DNA of 28,775 bases from Minisyncoccota bacterium (GTDB lineage: Bacteria; Patescibacteriota; Minisyncoccia; Phycocordibacterales; GCA-2747955): contig CALLVB010000079.1 of NCBI GenBank assembly GCA_938010795.1, forward strand, positions 1 to 28,775, in the 5' to 3' direction. The notes under the pieces are model-generated. The model searched no databases. It was not told the DNA's origin and worked only from the letters and a program-made list of their open reading frames with translations. The position numbers and the translations under genes were made by a program. Position 1 is the stretch's first letter, and each line of letters starts with the position of its first letter. Shown piece after piece: positions 23,828 to 28,775 of this stretch.

Positions 23828-24493
23828 TTAGAATTCTCCTTCAAAGATATGAGTTTCTGGTTTGTTATCTAGTCCATCAGCTGATGTTTCTTCAGTAATA
23901 ACAACTCGGTTGTACATTAATTTATCATCATTAGATGTGTACGTAAGTCGCCACATTCCCGCATCGTCCTTTTCCATTTTTCCTGTTGAAATGAACGCAG
24001 AGTTGGTAGTAATCCATCCTTCGAAGAATTTTCCTTCTGCTGGATCAATGTTATTTACTGTTACATAGTGTGTGAATACACCGTCTTTATAAATTCGTGC
24101 CGCTTGAGCATCACCTCCTCGAGGATCAACAGATGCAAGAGAGATCTCTTCAGAAACGTTTTTCACCATTACATCTCCGTCTTCTTTTTTCATCATCACT
24201 TCATCGTCATGCTTCTCCATAGCGTCTTCTGTTTTCTCCATTACGTCTTCAACACTTTCTTCAGTCTTTTCCATTACGTCCTCAACCTTCTCCATAGCGT
24301 CATCCACTTTTTCCATTACTCCTTCCGCTTCCTTTTTCATCATTGCGGCGTCCTCAACTTTGTTCATGACATCAGTCACTGTTGATTCAAGTACTACTGG
24401 TGCAGTTTTTACATCTTTGATTCCATCAAAAATAAAATACGCTCCACCAATAAGAATGATTCCCGCTACAATTAGTCCAATAATTTTTTGCAT
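23828..24493 (-). CDS. Membrane-anchored protein with Met/Glu/Lys heptad repeats and an RskA-C (anti-sigma-K)-like C-terminal domain
   Basis: N-terminal TM; repeats EKVDDAM/EKVEDVM/EKTEESV/EKTEDAM; FEGWI..ISTGK..VVITEE..KP..HIFEG resembles the RskA C-terminal pattern. Confidence 0.7.
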   Translation of the reverse strand: MQKIIGLIVAGIILIGGAYFIFDGIKDVKTAPVVLESTVTDVMNKVEDAAMMKKEAEGVMEKVDDAMEKVEDVMEKTEESVEDVMEKTEDAMEKHDDEVMMKKEDGDVMVKNVSEEISLASVDPRGGDAQAARIYKDGVFTHYVTVNNIDPAEGKFFEGWITTNSAFISTGKMEKDDAGMWRLTYTSNDDKLMYNRVVITEETSADGLDNKPETHIFEGEF

Positions 24494-24564
24494 CTTACAA
24501 TATACGTTAATTTGTTAATACTAAAATAGTAGCATAGGGAACGAATTTGATACAATACAAAACA

Positions 24565-25407
24565 ATGATAAAAAACCACGTATCTTTCCAAGGAATAGCA
24601 GGGGCACATTCAGAAGAGGCTCTCTTGTTATATGCAGCTAAACATAGGATTCCAGTGGTCCCAGAAGCACAAGAGGGATACTTTAGAGAATTATTTGCAG
24701 GTATTAAAAAGAATAAATTGGGGTGGGTTCCGATTGAAAACTCGTATCACGGAACAGTAGTTGAGTCAGTTGATCTCATGAGAGAGTATGAGTTTGAAAT
24801 CTTGGATTCGTATACACATGTAATCAATCACTGTCTTGCAGTAAATCCAGGTGTCAAAAAGTCAGATATAACAAAAGCATACTCACACCCACAAGCATTG
24901 GGTCAATGTGCTAAATATCTGGAACAGAGCGGTATAACCGCACTTCCATATGTTGACACTGCAGCAGCAGCCAGGTATGTACAAGACAAAAAGATGAAAC
25001 ATTCAGCTGCTATTTGTTCTAAGCGTGCTGCAGAACTCTACGGGCTCGATGTACTCGAGGAGTGGATTCAAGACTCAGGAGAAAACGAAACAACATTCTT
25101 GTTGGTAAAGGATCGTGAACACGAGATTGATTTTATGGGTGAGATAGAACGAGGAAGAAGAGATGTCACTACAACAGTAGTTTTTGAAACAAAAGATTTA
25201 CCAGCGGCGTTATACAAGTGCCTCGGAGGATTCGCAACCAACGCAATTAACCTTAAGAAAATTGAATCTCGACCGGCAAGGAATGATGATTCAGACTGGT
25301 TTTTCTATCTTGATTTTGAAGGGCATCCAGATGATCCTTTGGTGAGGAATGCACTCGACGAACTTGAGAGTTTTTCAAAAAAGGTATTAGTACTTGGTTC
25401 ATATTAA
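24565..25407 (+). CDS. pheA: Prephenate dehydratase (PDT + ACT domain)
   Basis: SFQG..GAHSE, PIENS, SHPQALGQC, TAAAA, ACT domain LYKCL..FA...INL.KIESRP; start moved to ATG 24565. Confidence 0.92.
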   Translation: MIKNHVSFQGIAGAHSEEALLLYAAKHRIPVVPEAQEGYFRELFAGIKKNKLGWVPIENSYHGTVVESVDLMREYEFEILDSYTHVINHCLAVNPGVKKSDITKAYSHPQALGQCAKYLEQSGITALPYVDTAAAARYVQDKKMKHSAAICSKRAAELYGLDVLEEWIQDSGENETTFLLVKDREHEIDFMGEIERGRRDVTTTVVFETKDLPAALYKCLGGFATNAINLKKIESRPARNDDSDWFFYLDFEGHPDDPLVRNALDELESFSKKVLVLGSY

Positions 25408-25411
25408 GCAC

Positions 25412-25439
25412 AAATCCCAGAGGTAACCCTCTGGGATTT
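25412..25439. terminator. Terminator-like hairpin after pheA
   Basis: AAATCCCAGAGG-TAAC-CCTCTGGGATTT perfect 12-bp stem. Confidence 0.75.
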
Positions 25440-25474
25440 GATATAATGGAAGGATTATAATAACGGAAGTAACT

Positions 25475-26530
25475 ATGGCAACAAAAGTAGCAATTAATGG
25501 GTTCGGGAGAATTGGACGATTATTCTTTAAATTAGCTCTTAAGAATGAGAACCTGGATATCGTAGCAATCAACGATTTAGGAGATTTAGATAATATGGCA
25601 TATCTATTGAGGTATGATTCAGCTCAAAAGGAGCTTAACCTAGAGGTTTCAACACAGAGAGTTTCAGATACAGAACAATATTTGGTCGTGGGAGATAAAA
25701 AAATTCCATTCTATTCAATTAGAAACCCAGAAGAATTGCCATGGGGAGAATTGGATGTGGACGTGGTAGCTGAGTGTACTGGTATTTTCACTAGTTACGA
25801 GAAATCAAACATGCACCTTACTGCTGGTGCAAAACGAGTCGTTATTTCAGGACCAACTAAAGATGACCAAAATACAGAATTTGGTGATGGAAAGATTGGT
25901 AACACAGTACTTATGGGTGTAAACGATGACGTGATTCCAACATGTGCTATTACTTCAAACGCATCTTGTACAACAAATGCTTCAGGCTCACCATTGCAGG
26001 TAATGATGGACTCAATTGGTGTTGAATCTGCAATCTTGAATACTATTCACGGATATACAGCGACACAAGCAATTGTTGATACTCCAGTAAAACCAGGAAA
26101 GACTGATTACCGGCGGGGTCGAGCAGCGGCGATCAACATCATTCCTACTTCAACAGGAGCAGCAGTTGCAACAGCTAAGGCAATCCCAGCATTAGAAGGT
26201 AAATTTGATGGAATAAGTATCCGAGTACCAGTAGTTACTGGAGCGCTGGTTGACATTACATTCATTGCAAGCAGGGAGACTTCGGTCGAAGAGGTTAATA
26301 AATTCTTCAAGATGGCTGCTGAATCTGATCAATATAAAGGATTATTGCGAGTTGAAAGTGATCAAGTAGTTTCTGGGGATATTGTGGGAGATACACATGT
26401 TTCAATTGTTGACCTAAACTTTACTCGAGTAGTAGGGAAGTTGGTGAAGATTTTGGCTTGGTATGATAATGAGGCTGGATTTAGCTATGCCCTTACCAAA
26501 CAAGTTGAAGCAATGGGTCAGAGTATCTAA
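25475..26530 (+). CDS. gap: Type I glyceraldehyde-3-phosphate dehydrogenase
   Basis: INGFGRIGR, catalytic NASCTTN, IIPTSTGAA, RVPV, WYDNE. Confidence 0.97.
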   Translation: MATKVAINGFGRIGRLFFKLALKNENLDIVAINDLGDLDNMAYLLRYDSAQKELNLEVSTQRVSDTEQYLVVGDKKIPFYSIRNPEELPWGELDVDVVAECTGIFTSYEKSNMHLTAGAKRVVISGPTKDDQNTEFGDGKIGNTVLMGVNDDVIPTCAITSNASCTTNASGSPLQVMMDSIGVESAILNTIHGYTATQAIVDTPVKPGKTDYRRGRAAAINIIPTSTGAAVATAKAIPALEGKFDGISIRVPVVTGALVDITFIASRETSVEEVNKFFKMAAESDQYKGLLRVESDQVVSGDIVGDTHVSIVDLNFTRVVGKLVKILAWYDNEAGFSYALTKQVEAMGQSI

Positions 26531-26643
26531 GAATAGGCGAATTACTGCGTCAGCTACAAAACTCATCGAACTCACCGTATAGAACATACGTTATCGTCGA
26601 TGAGTTTTTTGCTTCCCTGTACTCCACTCTATTTTTTGATACT
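26522..26643. mobile_element. Putative ~122-bp MITE-like palindromic element (ERIC/Correia-like architecture)
   Basis: Imperfect terminal IRs AGTATC-n4-AATAG / CTATT-n4-GATACT; internal 12-bp stem AAAACTCATCGA/TCGATGAGTTTT; central CGTAT/ATACG. Confidence 0.45.
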
Positions 26644-26766
26644 GAGACAGCTCAACTCATTCAAATTTATAAACTACTTCTATCTAATTTAAGATAGATT
26701 CCTGTTTTGGCGCATTTCTTGTGTTATTATTTACCCAGAGCATAAGAGCTCGGAAAGGAAACTCAT

Positions 26767-26949
26767 ATGAGTAGTCGAAGAAACCCAACTGGGGGATCAA
26801 TTGTCCTTAGCGGCGTCAATGGAGGAATATCTCCAGGTCAGCAAGCAGGTATATCGTCCGGACTGGAACTTATCACTGGTGCGCATATAGGTCTCAAGAC
26901 CTGGATAGGTGGCGGCGATGGATGCATTGATCCAATTAAGGATGATTAA
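26767..26949 (+). CDS. 60-aa Gly/Ile/Ser-rich microprotein
   Basis: SD AAAGGA 7 nt upstream; terminator downstream; about one quarter Gly. Confidence 0.55.
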   Translation: MSSRRNPTGGSIVLSGVNGGISPGQQAGISSGLELITGAHIGLKTWIGGGDGCIDPIKDD

Positions 26950-26968
26950 TTTCATTTATATATAATCT

Positions 26969-26993
26969 GAAAGCCCGATTTTTCGGGCTTTTT
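26969..26993. terminator. Intrinsic terminator
   Basis: AAAGCCCGA-TTTT-TCGGGCTTT followed by TT. Confidence 0.75.
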
Positions 26994-27022
26994 ATGTAGA
27001 AAAAATTCTAGCGGAGTATTAT

Positions 27023-27673
27023 TTAGTGAGCAATTACAACAGTTTTTATTTGAGAGGCTTCTGCTTTGCGTAGGAGTTTTTTAATTTCTTTTGTAGTGGC
27101 GCCGGTGGTGAGGATGTCGTCGAAGAGAATGATGTTGCGACCTCTGATAAGAGAGAGGTGGGCGTTTGTGACAGCAAACGCTCCTTTCGGGTTTTTGAGG
27201 CGTTCTTGCTTCGACTTGGTGCGAGATTGTTTAGGAATGTGTTTAATCTTTTTGAGAACACGTGGTTGATAGGTGATGAACTTGTTACCGCCATATTTGA
27301 GGAATGATTTGATAATTAGTTCGTTTTGGTCGTATCCACGCCTGTAGACAGTTTGTTTTGATGATGGGACCGTAATGAGTAGTGGATCAGAAAAATTTTC
27401 AAACTGTTCCCACAAGATGAGTTCTTCTGGAAATGTTTCATAAAGTAATAAGCCGAGTATATGTGCTACATGTTTGTTATTTCTAAATTTAAGAGACCAC
27501 ATAACTTCACGAATATATGTATTGTAAGGGAGTATATACAAGAAATTATTTGCACGTACTGATCTACCAGATATCTTCGTTTTCTCTTGTATATGGAAAG
27601 AAAGGATTTTTTTATACGAAAAATCCTTTCTTGTGAATATAAAAGACAATAAAATACTTAGTAAGTTCTTCAT
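27023..27673 (-). CDS. comF: ComF-family phosphoribosyltransferase-like competence protein
   Basis: LKFRNN, ITVP, RRGYDQ, QS, R..N.KGAF, PRPP loop ILFDDILTTGAT; start uncertain (27673 preferred over 27712/27757). Confidence 0.85.
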   Translation of the reverse strand: MKNLLSILLSFIFTRKDFSYKKILSFHIQEKTKISGRSVRANNFLYILPYNTYIREVMWSLKFRNNKHVAHILGLLLYETFPEELILWEQFENFSDPLLITVPSSKQTVYRRGYDQNELIIKSFLKYGGNKFITYQPRVLKKIKHIPKQSRTKSKQERLKNPKGAFAVTNAHLSLIRGRNIILFDDILTTGATTKEIKKLLRKAEASQIKTVVIAH

Positions 27674-27750
27674 GTTTCCCAAATTTATACGTATCAACAG
27701 CACGGTTGACATGTTATACTTCCCGTATATAACGTTATTATACACGAGCC

Positions 27751-28775
27751 ATGGCATCCCTTTTTCAAAATGTATTTAAAAAGAAAAACGACACTTTTTT
27801 AGGAGTAGATATTGGATCTTCGTCTATTAAAGTTGTACAACTTTCTATGCAGAAAGGTGTCGTTACACTCGACACGTTTGGAGAAATTGCCCTCGGACCG
27901 TACGGCGGTAAAGAAATTGGTCATGCAGTAAAACTAGAGCCTCCTAAGCTCACAGAAGCGCTACAAGATTTATTAAAAGAGGCGCAGGCTGAGGCACGAA
28001 CAGGAGGTCTTTCAATACCACTTAAATCATCATTGGTATTTAATATGAAAATGCCAGAAGTAGATCAGAAGCAATTAGACGACATGGTGAGATTAGAGGC
28101 GCGTCGATATATTCCAGTACCTATTTCAGAGGTGTCTCTTGACTGGTCGGTAATCCCAGATAACCACGAAGATGAAGAAGAAGATGAAGAAGGACGAAAA
28201 TTTTTGAATATCTTAGTTGTTGCAATTCATAAAGATACACTTCAAAAATATAAAGAAGTTGCAGATATGTCAGGAGTTGACCTGCAATTTCTTGAGATTG
28301 AAACATTCTCAACTATTCGTTCAACCGTTGATCATGATAAAGAGGCAGTAATCATTTTAGATATTGGTGCGTCAGTCACTAAACTATATATTGTTGAATA
28401 TGGAGTGATCCAGAAATCACACATTATCGGTGTTGGTTCTCAGAATATGATTAAGGCCCTGGAGACACGAAGACGTCTCGCAAATGTTAGACAAGACCTG
28501 AACGCAGGTCATGGAACAGCACTTTCTGACGCAATGCAGAACTCTCAAACAACGCCAGTTGATCTGGATCGTATTTTGCAAGAAACAAAGAAGGTAGTTC
28601 TTGAGTATCAAAAAGAGCATAGAAAAAACATCGAATTAGCTATTCTGACAGGAGGAGGGTCTGTATTAGCAGGGATTTTGCCATACGTTGAGAAATCTCT
28701 TGAAACTGAGATTGAATTGGCACATCCGTTCGAAAAGACCAAAACTCCTGCCTTCTTAGATAATACGTTGCGTGA
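27751..28775 (+). CDS. pilM: Type IV pilus assembly protein PilM (3'-truncated by the window edge)
   Basis: I translated this frame by hand and it is open from ATG 27751 to the end: FLGVDIGSSSIKVV, EARRYIPVP, ILDIGAS.T, ILTGGGS.L.G (actin-like PilM); absent from the ORF track. Confidence 0.93.
   Translation, partial: MASLFQNVFKKKNDTFLGVDIGSSSIKVVQLSMQKGVVTLDTFGEIALGPYGGKEIGHAVKLEPPKLTEALQDLLKEAQAEARTGGLSIPLKSSLVFNMKMPEVDQKQLDDMVRLEARRYIPVPISEVSLDWSVIPDNHEDEEEDEEGRKFLNILVVAIHKDTLQKYKEVADMSGVDLQFLEIETFSTIRSTVDHDKEAVIILDIGASVTKLYIVEYGVIQKSHIIGVGSQNMIKALETRRRLANVRQDLNAGHGTALSDAMQNSQTTPVDLDRILQETKKVVLEYQKEHRKNIELAILTGGGSVLAGILPYVEKSLETEIELAHPFEKTKTPAFLDNTLR

Noticed and set aside
9850-26698. Shared TCTAT/ATAGA palindrome family (9850, 10792, 26679)
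   Set aside because: Orientation and spacing differ between the three sites, so they do not define one operator.
5070-27265. CACGTG-containing sites as parS (near 5075, 9101, 27259)
   Set aside because: All lie in coding regions and lack the flanking TGTT/AACA symmetry of canonical parS.
502-28620. Remaining short track ORFs overlapping assigned genes (e.g. 1031-1330, 3037-3486, 4413-4715, 11313-11591, 17416-17685, 21898-22284, 24068-24385)
   Set aside because: Antisense or off-frame shadows of well-supported genes, with no motifs or expression signals.
1-28775. CRISPR array, rRNA, riboswitch or alternative genetic code
   Set aside because: No regularly spaced repeats or rRNA-like sequence, and no recognisable riboswitch. 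The 905- and 953-aa ORFs have no in-frame TGA, and TGA ends sciP directly before a terminator, so code 11 applies.

Overview
Chromosomal segment of an AT-rich, reduced-genome bacterium. The gene set (split transketolase, stand-alone RNase H-like exonuclease, pilM/comF, mostly SD-less housekeeping genes) fits Patescibacteria/CPR, most likely Parcubacteria. That is an inference, as there is no rRNA marker in the window. The genetic code is standard code 11. Housekeeping genes: tRNA-Lys(CTT), hisS, tyrS, ogt-like, rpe, two transketolase halves, alkD-like, Fe/Mn SOD, a trypsin-like and an M16C protease, uvrA, pheA, gap, comF and a 3'-truncated pilM. The standout is a three-gene module at 7766-9779: an orphan ParB-family protein co-transcribed with a homolog of the alphaproteobacterial master cell-cycle regulator CtrA, followed by a separately transcribed homolog of the CtrA inhibitor SciP (DUF1153). 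The CtrA homolog has a near-intact DNA-recognition helix, a degenerate receiver domain and a retained C-terminal Ala-Ala. The window also shows two expression styles. Housekeeping genes have a -10 box 6-10 nt from the start codon and no SD (leaderless-like). About ten orphan or small genes sit between them as self-contained cassettes, most with promoter, SD and terminator, and three of these are missing from the ORF track. Other notable items: a secreted TIMP-like + Kazal fusion, a membrane-anchored AlkD, a UvrA lacking its insertion domain and an ERIC/Correia-like miniature element. All family assignments come from motif recognition and from reference sequences recalled from memory. No database search was run.
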